Positions 27,045 to 36,134 of a stretch of 64,000 bases of DNA are shown here, piece by piece; position 1 is the stretch's first letter, and the number at the start of each line of letters is the position of its first letter. The notes under the pieces were generated by a model. That model had not been told where the DNA came from, did no database searches, and saw only the letters and a list, made by a program, of their open reading frames with translations. The stretch is from Flavobacteriaceae bacterium. GTDB lineage: Bacteria > Bacteroidota > Bacteroidia > Flavobacteriales > Flavobacteriaceae. The position numbers were made by a program, and so were the translations under genes. Location: the NCBI GenBank assembly GCA_947491985.1, contig CANLLR010000010.1:4920-68919 (forward strand), given 5' to 3'.

Positions 27045-27574
27045 TATATTTTTAAATAAGTTCTTAAATCGTTAATACAATTTCTATTTTGTGTTTTTAC
27101 AGTCCCAAGCGGTATCTCGAGTTCATCAGAAGCTTCTTGTTGTGTATATCCTTGAAAGAATAATAATTCGATCAATTGGATGCATTTTGGTTTTAACTTC
27201 TTCACGAATTCTTGAATTCCAATAGTATCGATCCTATTGATTAACTTGTTATTGTCTTCCAAAAGATGTACGAAATTATCAGAGGATAGGTTTTTCTGAC
27301 TGTTGTTGTAACCTTTCGAACGGAGCTTGTCAATAGCTGCATTACGAGCTATATTTACTATCCATGTGTAAAATCGTCCTTTGCTCTCAGAATAACTATC
27401 AATGCTTTTCCATATTTTAACAAATACTTCTTGCAAAACGTCTTCTGCATCTTCGGTCTCTTTTAATAGATTGGAAATCACTGAAAACAAACTTTTCGAA
27501 TACATATCATACATGTTTGTAAAGGCACGTTCATCCTTTTTGAGGATTAACGCAATTAATTCTTCTTGATTCAT
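27044..27574 (-). CDS. ECF-type RNA polymerase sigma-70 factor
   Basis: 176 aa with region 2 (DVLQEVFVKIW) and the region 4 HTH (YTQQEASDELEIPLGTVKT). Confidence 0.9.
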   Translation of the reverse strand: MNQEELIALILKKDERAFTNMYDMYSKSLFSVISNLLKETEDAEDVLQEVFVKIWKSIDSYSESKGRFYTWIVNIARNAAIDKLRSKGYNNSQKNLSSDNFVHLLEDNNKLINRIDTIGIQEFVKKLKPKCIQLIELLFFQGYTQQEASDELEIPLGTVKTQNRNCINDLRTYLKI

Positions 27575-27762
27575 TGTTTTTGTTTTTGTTACAAGTATTT
27601 ACGACAGAAAATATATTTTGGATTTATAAATGTAAAATAATTATAACGGATTGATGTTTGATGAATCTTATTTTTTAAAACCATAAGTTGTACTTACTCG
27701 TAAATGATTATGGGTTATACAAAATTGTGTTCCATAGAGATTTGTTTTGTTTGTTGTTTAAA

Positions 27763-27799
27763 AGCTCAATGTATTTTTTGCATTGGGCTTTTATTTTAG
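27763..27799 (+). terminator. orphan terminator-like hairpin upstream of gpx
   Basis: AGCTCAATG (27763-27771) pairs with CATTGGGCT (27781-27789) as 9 bp including one G-U, followed by TTTATTTT. No annotated plus-strand gene ends here. Confidence 0.4.
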
Positions 27800-27864
27800 T
27801 GTTAATAATTTATGAATTATAAGTGATATTGTTATTTTTGTATTATAATTGTAAAAAAAAAACC

Positions 27865-28449
27865 ATGAAAAAAAATAGTGTAATTATTTTAAGTATTCTT
27901 TTCTTAGTAAGTTTATATTCCAATGCACAATTGAGAGCTCTTTCCAATAAGGATAATGGTAAAGGCGAAGCATCAAATTTATACAGTTACAAAGTACAAG
28001 ATATAGAGGGTAAAGAATTTTCGTTTAAAAGTTTGAAAGGGAAAAAAATTCTAATTGTAAATACAGCATCTAACTGTGGATACACCAAACAATATAAAGA
28101 ATTAGAAGAGTTGTATACCAAATACAAAAAAGAAGATTTTGTAATTGTTGGATTTCCAGCTAATAATTTTGGTAATCAAGAACCCGGAACAAACAAAGAA
28201 ATTATGCGGTTTTGTACTAAAAATTACGGTGTAACATTTCCGATGATGGAAAAGGTATCAGTAGAAGGAAAAGACATGTGTGAATTGTATCAGTTTTTGA
28301 CTCAAAAAAGTGCAAACGGTTTGATGGACTCTAAAGTACAATGGAACTTTCAAAAGTATTTAATTAATGAAGAAGGCAAATTGGTAGCTGTTTTTCCATC
28401 AAAGGTTTCACCAATGAGTGATGAAATTGTCAATGCGATAAAAAGATAG
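27865..28449 (+). CDS. gpx: glutathione peroxidase (Cys type, secreted/periplasmic)
   Basis: It has NTASNCGYT, FPANNFGNQEPG and WNFQKYL. I prefer ATG 27865, which gives a signal peptide. An A10 tract precedes the start. Confidence 0.9.
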   Translation: MKKNSVIILSILFLVSLYSNAQLRALSNKDNGKGEASNLYSYKVQDIEGKEFSFKSLKGKKILIVNTASNCGYTKQYKELEELYTKYKKEDFVIVGFPANNFGNQEPGTNKEIMRFCTKNYGVTFPMMEKVSVEGKDMCELYQFLTQKSANGLMDSKVQWNFQKYLINEEGKLVAVFPSKVSPMSDEIVNAIKR

Positions 28450-28471
28450 TAGAGGCTTTAAAAATGTAAAT

Positions 28472-28498
28472 GCGGTTTCCAATGGGAGCCGCTTTTTT
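28472..28498. terminator. hairpin plus T run between convergent genes
   Basis: GCGGTTTCC aatg GGAGCCGC is followed by TTTTTT. The stem is imperfect. Confidence 0.5.
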
Positions 28499-28991
28499 AT
28501 AACATTTTTTGTACAAATACGCTGTGCAACCAACGGTCAAACTTGAACCCCGTTTCTTTAACAATACCTACAACTTCAAAACCAAATTTTTTATGAAAAG
28601 CAATGCTGCTCTCATTCTCAGCATCAATGACGCCTATCATAGTATGCAATTGCTGAGCTTTTGCTAAAGCGATAAGTTCTTGTAAAAGTAATTTTCCAAT
28701 GCCTTTTCCAATGTATTGGTGTGAAGCATACACTGAATGTTCTACCGTAAATTTATAAGCTTCCCGAAAACGGAACTCACTATAAAACCCAAAACCCACT
28801 ACATTTTCGTCTGCAACTGCAACAATAATAGGAAAACCTTTTGCCAATTTATCTTCAAAGATTGCAATTTGATTGGATAAAGTTCTTTGCTGGTAATCGT
28901 ATAAAGCCGTTGAAGTCAGAATTGCGTGATTGATAATTTCTAAAATTGCGGGAGTATCGTTTTCATGATACGGTCTGATTTTTATTTCCAT
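28497..28991 (-). CDS. GNAT-family N-acetyltransferase (phosphinothricin acetyltransferase-like)
   Basis: 164 aa with a QYIGKGIGKLLL acetyl-CoA binding pattern. Confidence 0.8.
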   Translation of the reverse strand: MEIKIRPYHENDTPAILEIINHAILTSTALYDYQQRTLSNQIAIFEDKLAKGFPIIVAVADENVVGFGFYSEFRFREAYKFTVEHSVYASHQYIGKGIGKLLLQELIALAKAQQLHTMIGVIDAENESSIAFHKKFGFEVVGIVKETGFKFDRWLHSVFVQKML

Positions 28992-29060
28992 ACTTCAAAA
29001 ATAATGTTTCTACATCACTTAAAAAAATGGTAAAAGCAAAATTATTACTGTACAACTTTG

Positions 29061-29068
29061 TAACTTTG
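29061..29068 (+). promoter_or_regulatory. -7 box TAACTTTG upstream of menD
   Basis: Exact TAnnTTTG 20 nt upstream of ATG 29089. Confidence 0.4.
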
Positions 29069-29088
29069 TAGTTCAGAAAACACAACGA

Positions 29089-30747
29089 ATGACCTACCCA
29101 AAAATCCCTTTAGCACAATCGATAATCGAAATTTTTTGCGCCAAAGGAATCAATCATATAGTAATCTCTCCAGGTTCTAGAAATGCGCCGTTAACCATTG
29201 GTTTTACTACAAATCAGAATTTTACGTGTTATAGTATTGCCGACGAACGTTGTGCTGCTTTTTTTGCATTGGGAATTGCGCAACAACTACAAAAACCTGT
29301 TGCTGTAGTTTGTACTTCGGGTTCGGCGGTGCTGAATTATTATCCAGCATTCGCGGAAGCATTTTATAGCGAAATTCCGCTTATTGTACTTTCAGCCGAT
29401 CGTCCTAAAAACAAAATCGATATTGGTGACGGACAAACCATTCGTCAAGCCAATGTATTTGAAAATCATTCTGTTTTTAATGCCAATTTAGATGAAAATA
29501 CCTCTGACGAAAATGATTTTTTAATCAATGAAGCCATAAACGTTGCGATTTCTCAAAAAGGCCCCGTTCATATTAATGCTCCTTTTGAAGAACCATTATA
29601 TGAAACTACAGAAACACTTTTGGTAAATCCAAAGATAGTTTCTTCTAAAGTCCATGATGGTGTTTTTGACGAATCACTTACTACCTTTGCAACCGATTGG
29701 AATCAGGCCAAAAAGAAACTAATTTTAGTTGGAACCAATTCGCCTAATGCTATCGATGCAACGATTATGGAGCGATTGGCGAGTGATGATTCGGTAGTTA
29801 TCATGACCGAAACGACTTCCAATTTGCATCATGAGAATGTGATTAGCAATATTGACACTATAATTACTCCTTTTTCACAAGAAGATTTTTTGGATTTTCA
29901 ACCTGATATTTTAGTGACTTTTGGCGGAATGATTGTGTCTAAACGTATCAAATCGTTTTTGCGAAACTACCAACCCAAACAGCATTGGCATATTGACACT
30001 TTGAGAGCCTACGATACTTTTGGTTGTTTGACGCAACATTTTAAAGTCGCACCTAATGTGTTTTTTCTTTCATTTTTCGGATTAACAACACGAATTGAAA
30101 GCAACTACAATTCGACCTTGCATACCATTAAATTGCTTCGTGCTCAAAAACATCTACACTACTTGGATAGGATTGCGTTTTCCGATTTAAAAGTTTTCGA
30201 GAAAGTGTTGGATATACTACCAGAAAATTGTCAGTTGCAAGTCAGTAACAGTTCGGCCATTCGCTATGTGCAACTTTTTCCAATTAAATCAAGTGTTGAA
30301 GTTTTTTGTAATCGTGGTACAAGTGGCATCGATGGAAGTACATCAACCGCTATTGGCGCTGCAGTGGCAAGTAAAAAACCAACGGTTTTGATTACAGGAG
30401 ATATCGGATTTTTATACGATAGCAACGCGCTTTGGAACAATTATATTCCCAAGAATTTTAAAATTATTTTGATTAATAATGGTGGAGGAGGTATTTTTAG
30501 AATTTTACCCGGACATACAGAATCGCCTGTTTTTACTACATTTTTCGAAACATCTCATTGTTTAACCGCGGAACATTTGGCTAATATGTATGGATTGGAA
30601 TATAGTATTGCAAGTACGGAAACTACTTTGGAAAACGCTTTAACAAACCTGTTTAATCAAAATGAAACGCCTTGTTTGCTTGAGATTTTTACGCCAACTT
30701 TAGTAAACGATTCTATTTTACTTGACTATTTTAAACACTTGGTTTGA
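29089..30747 (+). CDS. menD: 2-succinyl-5-enolpyruvyl-6-hydroxy-3-cyclohexene-1-carboxylate synthase
   Basis: 552 aa ThDP enzyme with GDIGFLYDSNAL..INNGGGGIF and an N-terminal ISPGSRNAPL. Confidence 0.9.
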   Translation: MTYPKIPLAQSIIEIFCAKGINHIVISPGSRNAPLTIGFTTNQNFTCYSIADERCAAFFALGIAQQLQKPVAVVCTSGSAVLNYYPAFAEAFYSEIPLIVLSADRPKNKIDIGDGQTIRQANVFENHSVFNANLDENTSDENDFLINEAINVAISQKGPVHINAPFEEPLYETTETLLVNPKIVSSKVHDGVFDESLTTFATDWNQAKKKLILVGTNSPNAIDATIMERLASDDSVVIMTETTSNLHHENVISNIDTIITPFSQEDFLDFQPDILVTFGGMIVSKRIKSFLRNYQPKQHWHIDTLRAYDTFGCLTQHFKVAPNVFFLSFFGLTTRIESNYNSTLHTIKLLRAQKHLHYLDRIAFSDLKVFEKVLDILPENCQLQVSNSSAIRYVQLFPIKSSVEVFCNRGTSGIDGSTSTAIGAAVASKKPTVLITGDIGFLYDSNALWNNYIPKNFKIILINNGGGGIFRILPGHTESPVFTTFFETSHCLTAEHLANMYGLEYSIASTETTLENALTNLFNQNETPCLLEIFTPTLVNDSILLDYFKHLV

Positions 30748-31220
30748 ATTTTGTTGTGATTTTTCCAATACGATTTCCCATAATCACAGAAAATTTCTTC
30801 ACCCGAATTGATTTTCTTTAACGCAATCAAACACACATTCTTATTTTCATCTAGGGTTATTTTAGCATTATTTTTAAAATAGGAAGTCGAAAACCCGGAT
30901 GCATCGTTAGCGTATTTAGCAAAACCTTCGGTAAGCCTGCAATCTAAAATGCGTCCGTTAGGCAAATTCATAAAATAGCCGTTATTGCCTTGTTTAGCTC
31001 TTTTTTTAGATTCGGTATCGGATAAAACTTCACCTCTAAACAAGGCAATTATTTCTTCTTTATAAATGGTAATGGCTGTAAATAAACCATTTCCGGAGTT
31101 GCTAAGTTGCGAACTTTTTACATACAAATAATCTGCTTCTTTGGCTTCTATGTTATTTTGATCTGTATTTGGGTCTTTCAACGCTTTTGATTTAGTAGTT
31201 TCAAATCCAAATGTAATCAA
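30726..31220 (-). CDS. SET domain-containing protein (putative lysine methyltransferase)
   Basis: It has GNGLFT, YFMN, YANDA and EEIFCDYG motifs in SET order. The only upstream in-frame start is TTG at 31220. The 3' end overlaps the menD tail by 22 nt. Confidence 0.65.
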   Translation of the reverse strand: MITFGFETTKSKALKDPNTDQNNIEAKEADYLYVKSSQLSNSGNGLFTAITIYKEEIIALFRGEVLSDTESKKRAKQGNNGYFMNLPNGRILDCRLTEGFAKYANDASGFSTSYFKNNAKITLDENKNVCLIALKKINSGEEIFCDYGKSYWKNHNKIQTKCLK

Positions 31221-31255
31221 TTCCTAATTCGTACCTTTGCCTAAATTCTATAATT

Positions 31256-32089
31256 ATGTTAAAGATAGGTCAGTTTAATACCTTGCGAATAGATAGAGAT
31301 ACCAAAGTAGGTATATTTCTTACCAACGGAACCGAAGATGTGTTGTTGCCCAACAAATACGTTCCAGAACATTTTGAATTGGACGATGAAATAGCAGTTT
31401 TTGTATATTTAGATCATGAAGAACGACCGGTTGCCACTACTTTAGAACCTTATATTGTGTTGAACGAGTTTGGTTGGTTGCGTGTGAATTACATCAACGA
31501 ATTTGGTGCTTTTTTAGATTGGGGTTTGGAGAAGGATTTGTTCGTTCCTTTTAAAGAACAAGCACGTCCGATGGAGCAAGGCAAACGCTATTTGGTGTAT
31601 TTGTATCTGGATGAAAAAACCAATCGATTGACTGCTTCGAGTAAAACCAATCAGTTTTTAGATAATGAAAATATCACTGTTGAACCCAACGAAGAAGTCG
31701 ATATCATTGTATCACACATTACCGAAATAGGCATCAACGTAATCATCAACGAAAAGCACAAAGGATTGGCTTATAAAGACGAAGTGTATAAAGAGGTAAA
31801 ACCCGGACAACGATTAAAAGGATATATAAAAACCATTCGTCCCGATGGGAAAATAGACGTTTCGTTCAATAAACTCGGTTTTGAAGCCATTGAACCCAAT
31901 GCCGAAAAAATATTAGACGAACTGCGCGCCAGTCGTGGTTTTTTAAGATTGAATGACAATTCACATCCAGAAGATATCAAAACGGTTTTGCAAATGAGTA
32001 AAAAGAACTTTAAAAAAGCAATTGGAACATTATACCGTCAAAAACAGATTGAGATTAAGGATGACGGGATTTATTTGGTAAAAGAGTAA
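31256..32089 (+). CDS. cvfB: S1-like RNA-binding protein (CvfB/YitL family)
   Basis: 277 aa. Repeated S1-like segments and a C-terminal winged-helix-like tail fit the CvfB family. Confidence 0.75.
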   Translation: MLKIGQFNTLRIDRDTKVGIFLTNGTEDVLLPNKYVPEHFELDDEIAVFVYLDHEERPVATTLEPYIVLNEFGWLRVNYINEFGAFLDWGLEKDLFVPFKEQARPMEQGKRYLVYLYLDEKTNRLTASSKTNQFLDNENITVEPNEEVDIIVSHITEIGINVIINEKHKGLAYKDEVYKEVKPGQRLKGYIKTIRPDGKIDVSFNKLGFEAIEPNAEKILDELRASRGFLRLNDNSHPEDIKTVLQMSKKNFKKAIGTLYRQKQIEIKDDGIYLVKE

Positions 32090-32090
32090 C

Positions 32091-32516
32091 TTAAATTACT
32101 TCTACTTTCGGATTGATTTTTTGAATTTCTTCTAAGAAAATAGCACTATTTTGTGGCGAAACAAAAACATCATTAAAATTATTGAAAGTGATGATAAATC
32201 CTGTTGTGTCAAGCGCTTGTTTCATTGAAACTGGAACGTATAAACCCGAATGGCGTTTGATTTTTTGAATTTTTGTAATATCAATCCGACCTCTAAACGG
32301 TCCCGAACGGTACAATAAAAAGCTGTTTTTTATAACGTATCGCGTATCTAATAAAACCCACACGATCAGAACTGCAACTAATGCCAAAATAATAAAAGGT
32401 GCTATTGGCAACTCGCCACTACTAAAGGTATATCCAAGCATCACAATCATAAAAATGACAATGCTCCACATAAGTGTCATTATAAATGCATTTTTAGAGG
32501 ATAGAAAATTCTTCAT
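32091..32516 (-). CDS. membrane-anchored bacterial PH-domain protein
   Basis: Two N-terminal TM helices are followed by a ~70-aa domain (YRSGPFRGRIDITKIQKI). I prefer ATG 32516 over TTG 32540. Confidence 0.5.
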   Translation of the reverse strand: MKNFLSSKNAFIMTLMWSIVIFMIVMLGYTFSSGELPIAPFIILALVAVLIVWVLLDTRYVIKNSFLLYRSGPFRGRIDITKIQKIKRHSGLYVPVSMKQALDTTGFIITFNNFNDVFVSPQNSAIFLEEIQKINPKVEVI

Positions 32517-32609
32517 TTTTAAACTATTTGCAAAATTCAATCACAAATTTACATTATTATTTAATACAAATAGGGTTAATGTTTTTATTTACTGCTAGTG
32601 ACAGCTTTT

Positions 32610-33140
32610 TTAATAGTTCTCTATAAAGTGGAACGATTTTACAAATGAATCGATACTTTCAGATTCGGTATTTCCCATAAACATCATGAAAAACATTTGA
32701 TTTCCTTTTATAATACAAATGGTTTTAATTTCAATTTCACTAATCGTTCCTGATGTCCTATTGGCAGTATATTTTTCATTAAATAAAAAATCTTCATCCG
32801 TATTTTTCTTGAATGGAGCACCCAATTGACCTTCTAAGTTTTTTATAGCTCCTTTTTTCGCACCATCTATCACTCCTTTAAAAAAAACAGTTCCACCTTT
32901 TTCGATAATTGCTGGCGGATATTTATTTTCAGACAATAAAATCATATAATCTTCTCCTTCGGATTCATAAGTCACCATTTCAATTTTTCCAACTTGATGA
33001 TCCAATTCTTTCTTCTCAATTATTGGCTTTACAGGAAAGGCTGCTATAAAACCTGACTCTGGATAATTTGTAACAGGGGTTTGTGAATGTACAGAGAATG
33101 AAAATAATGAAATAAGAAGTACTAAGTGAAAATTCTTCAT
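32610..33140 (-). CDS. hypothetical secreted protein (176 aa)
   Basis: It has the signal peptide MKNFHLVLLISLFSFSVHS. No motif recognised. Confidence 0.55.
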   Translation of the reverse strand: MKNFHLVLLISLFSFSVHSQTPVTNYPESGFIAAFPVKPIIEKKELDHQVGKIEMVTYESEGEDYMILLSENKYPPAIIEKGGTVFFKGVIDGAKKGAIKNLEGQLGAPFKKNTDEDFLFNEKYTANRTSGTISEIEIKTICIIKGNQMFFMMFMGNTESESIDSFVKSFHFIENY

Positions 33141-33200
33141 GAATAAGTTTCTTTTTAAATAAGTGATAAAAGTAGTATTTTTACAGTAAAATTAAAGAAG

Positions 33201-34040
33201 ATGTCAGAAATAAATTGGGTAACAGCAAAAGTATTTGAAGATATAACCTATAAAAAGCGCAATGGCGTTGCCCGAATTGCATTTAACCGTCCGGAGGTAC
33301 GAAATGCATTCCGTCCAAAAACAACATCAGAATTGCTACAAGCTTTTCACGATGCTCAAGAAGATACATCAATAGGAGTAGTGCTTCTGTCTGCAGAAGG
33401 ACCTTCGTCTAAAGATGGTGTCTATTCTTTTTGCAGTGGAGGCGATCAAAAAGCGCGGGGACAACAAGGTTATGTTGGCGATGATGGTTACCATCGTTTG
33501 AATATTTTAGATGTACAGCGACTCATTCGTTTTATGCCAAAAGCTGTAATTGCAGTGGTTCCGGGTTGGGCAGTAGGTGGCGGTCATAGTTTGCATGTGG
33601 TTTGCGATTTGACTTTAGCAAGTAAAGAACACGCTATTTTTAAACAAACAGATGCCGATGTAACGAGCTTTGACGGTGGTTATGGTTCGGCTTATCTGGC
33701 CAAAATGGTGGGACAGAAAAAAGCACGTGAAATTTTCTTTTTAGGTCGTAATTATTCAGCTCAAGAAGCCTTTGATATGGGAATGGTAAATGCCGTTATC
33801 CCTCACGATGAGTTAGAAACAACAGCATATGAATGGGCACAAGAAATCTTAGCCAAATCGCCAACTTCAATAAAAATGCTAAAATTCGCCATGAATTTAA
33901 CCGATGATGGTATGGTCGGACAACAAGTATTCGCCGGTGAAGCGACGCGTTTGGCTTATATGACCGACGAAGCCAAAGAGGGAAGAGATGCTTTTTTAGA
34001 AAAACGCAAGCCTAACTTCGATAAGAAATGGTTACCTTAA
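33201..34040 (+). CDS. menB: 1,4-dihydroxy-2-naphthoyl-CoA synthase
   Basis: It has FCSGGDQKARG and VPGWAVGGGHSLHVVCDLT on a crotonase fold. Confidence 0.95.
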   Translation: MSEINWVTAKVFEDITYKKRNGVARIAFNRPEVRNAFRPKTTSELLQAFHDAQEDTSIGVVLLSAEGPSSKDGVYSFCSGGDQKARGQQGYVGDDGYHRLNILDVQRLIRFMPKAVIAVVPGWAVGGGHSLHVVCDLTLASKEHAIFKQTDADVTSFDGGYGSAYLAKMVGQKKAREIFFLGRNYSAQEAFDMGMVNAVIPHDELETTAYEWAQEILAKSPTSIKMLKFAMNLTDDGMVGQQVFAGEATRLAYMTDEAKEGRDAFLEKRKPNFDKKWLP

Positions 34041-34075
34041 ATTAGTGTTCAGTAATCAGTTTTTAATATTACATA
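34041..34075. repeat. heptad-type spacer containing GTGTTCAGTAATCAGT
   Basis: This is a 35-nt spacer between the menB stop and the next ATG. Positions 34045-34060 are an exact inverted copy of 21623-21638. Confidence 0.8.
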
Positions 34076-34591
34076 ATGGAAAATTTTACCAACGAAAGTA
34101 TAGATACCAAACAATTGCCTCGATTTGAAGCAGTCGTCTTTACCCTTTTACATCCAAGCTATTGGAAAGTAACGTTGATAAACTCGGGTATCTTCTTCTT
34201 ACTATTAGGAATTGGATTGATTTTCGGATTGATTTTTAATGATACTATAATTGAAAATAATATCACTTTTATCATTTTATATGGTGTTCTTTTACTAGTA
34301 AGTTTGTTTTTTTTGCGTTTGGGTTTTAAAAAGAAAGGCTTCGCTTTTAGAAATCACGATGTATTGTATCGAAGCGGCGTAATCGCAACCAATACGATGG
34401 TAATCCCTTATAATAGAGTACAACATGTAGCATTACATGAAGGGTTTATTTCCCGTTTTTTCGGTTTGGCTACTATCGAAATTTTTACTGCTGGAGGTAA
34501 TTCAAGTGATATTGAAATTCCTGGAATCGCCAAAGAAGAAGCCGAAAACATCAAACAATTGTTAATGGGTAAAATACAAAAACAATTGTAA
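34076..34591 (+). CDS. YdbS-like membrane protein with bacterial PH (bPH_2) domain
   Basis: 171 aa with two TM helices followed by YNRVQHVALHEGFISRFFGLATIEIFTAGG. Confidence 0.75.
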   Translation: MENFTNESIDTKQLPRFEAVVFTLLHPSYWKVTLINSGIFFLLLGIGLIFGLIFNDTIIENNITFIILYGVLLLVSLFFLRLGFKKKGFAFRNHDVLYRSGVIATNTMVIPYNRVQHVALHEGFISRFFGLATIEIFTAGGNSSDIEIPGIAKEEAENIKQLLMGKIQKQL

Positions 34592-36093
34592 TGGAAACTA
34601 ATTTCAATGTGCCACAACGGCAATCACCAATTGGTGTTTTGGTTATGTTTGCCAACACCTTGCGGCACTACGTAAAAGCATTTTGGCCTTTGTTACTTAT
34701 TTGGGCCTTTCGTTCAGATAAAATCAATGCTACATATGCAATTGTAGGAATCATAGCGGTATTTGTACTAATTGGAAGCATTGCTTATTTAAAATACCTC
34801 AATTTTACATTTTGCATTGATGATGAAAATGATGAGTTTATTATCAATGAAGGTATTATCAACAAAACGAAAACTACAATTCAACTCAATAAAATTCAGC
34901 AAGTCAATATTAATCAAACCTTAATTCAACGTTTAATTGGAGTGTATGCACTTGATGTAGATACCGCTGGAAGTACTAATAAAGAGGGGAAAATCAAAGC
35001 CATTTCACATGAACTTGCTCTAGCTTTAAAGGCGAAACTGATTGAAAACGAAAAGAATGAAAAAGTAACTACTAAAGAAATTATTTTCGATAACGAACCA
35101 CCAAAAATTGCAACACATCCTTTTCTCGAAATTAGTTTTTTGAGTTTGTTAAAAGTGGGTTTGACATCCAACTATTTAAAAAGTTTCGGATTAATTTTAA
35201 CCTTCTTCTTTACCATTTACCATAACCTCAAAGAAGTCGATTACAATTCGTACATTGATAAAAAAATTAACGATTTTGTGAGTAGCAGCGCGGTGATTAA
35301 TTCAATTTCAATACTAATCATTTTTGCTTTATTAGTGATCTTTGTTTTTAATATTTTACGGATTATCATACGATTTTTCGGATTTAAAATTACAAAACAA
35401 TCGGGCTCACTATTGTTATCATTCGGACTCCTTGATACCAAAAGCACGATTATAAAACCAGAAAAAGTGCAAATTGTTTCAGTTGTGCAGAATTATTTTC
35501 AAAAGAAACTCAACATCTTAGAGATGAAAATCCAACAAGCTACGGGTGATGATCACAAAAGTAAAAAAGCGGTAATCGAAATTCCAGGGTGTAATTCCGT
35601 TGAAAGTCACGCCATTTTAAAGTTGCTTTTTGAACAAATTCCACAAAAAGGAGTACAGATGAAACCCAATTGGCGCAAACTGGTTTTTACTTGGTTTTTG
35701 TTTGTCTTCATGCCTGTGACAGCCTTTTTTGCTTTTGGGAATTATGTTGAAAAGTCCATCTTAGAATTTGCAAATTATACAATTGTTTATACTATTTTTA
35801 TTGGGTTAATTATTTTTTTTGGTTATCGAAATAACAGACTTTTTGTGAATGACAATTATATCATCAAACAAAGCGGAGCGTGGGATGTAGAGAATCAAAT
35901 TATCGAGTTGAATAAAATACAAGCCATCACAACATCACAATTGTTTTGGCACAAATCAATTAACATTGGTTCAATTACCTTGCATACCGCCGGCGGGAAT
36001 ATTGCTTTCCAGCTGGGTGATTATGAAAAAATCAAACAGTATATCAACTTTTGGTTGTACGAAATCGAAACGTCTAACAGCAATTGGATGTAA
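34591..36093 (+). CDS. YdbT-like membrane protein with three bPH_2 domains
   Basis: 500 aa with three repeats of a TM pair plus PH-like module (..IQQVNINQTLIQRLIGVYALDVDTAG.. and others). The start overlaps the previous stop (TAATG). Confidence 0.75.
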   Translation: METNFNVPQRQSPIGVLVMFANTLRHYVKAFWPLLLIWAFRSDKINATYAIVGIIAVFVLIGSIAYLKYLNFTFCIDDENDEFIINEGIINKTKTTIQLNKIQQVNINQTLIQRLIGVYALDVDTAGSTNKEGKIKAISHELALALKAKLIENEKNEKVTTKEIIFDNEPPKIATHPFLEISFLSLLKVGLTSNYLKSFGLILTFFFTIYHNLKEVDYNSYIDKKINDFVSSSAVINSISILIIFALLVIFVFNILRIIIRFFGFKITKQSGSLLLSFGLLDTKSTIIKPEKVQIVSVVQNYFQKKLNILEMKIQQATGDDHKSKKAVIEIPGCNSVESHAILKLLFEQIPQKGVQMKPNWRKLVFTWFLFVFMPVTAFFAFGNYVEKSILEFANYTIVYTIFIGLIIFFGYRNNRLFVNDNYIIKQSGAWDVENQIIELNKIQAITTSQLFWHKSINIGSITLHTAGGNIAFQLGDYEKIKQYINFWLYEIETSNSNWM

Positions 36094-36134
36094 TTTTAAA
36101 CAGTAAATCTGACCCTAAAAATAAATAACAACAG

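Noticed and set aside
27865-28449. Selenocysteine recoding in glutathione peroxidase
   Set aside because: The active site is encoded by a Cys codon (NTASNCGYT). There is no in-frame TGA and no SECIS-like need.
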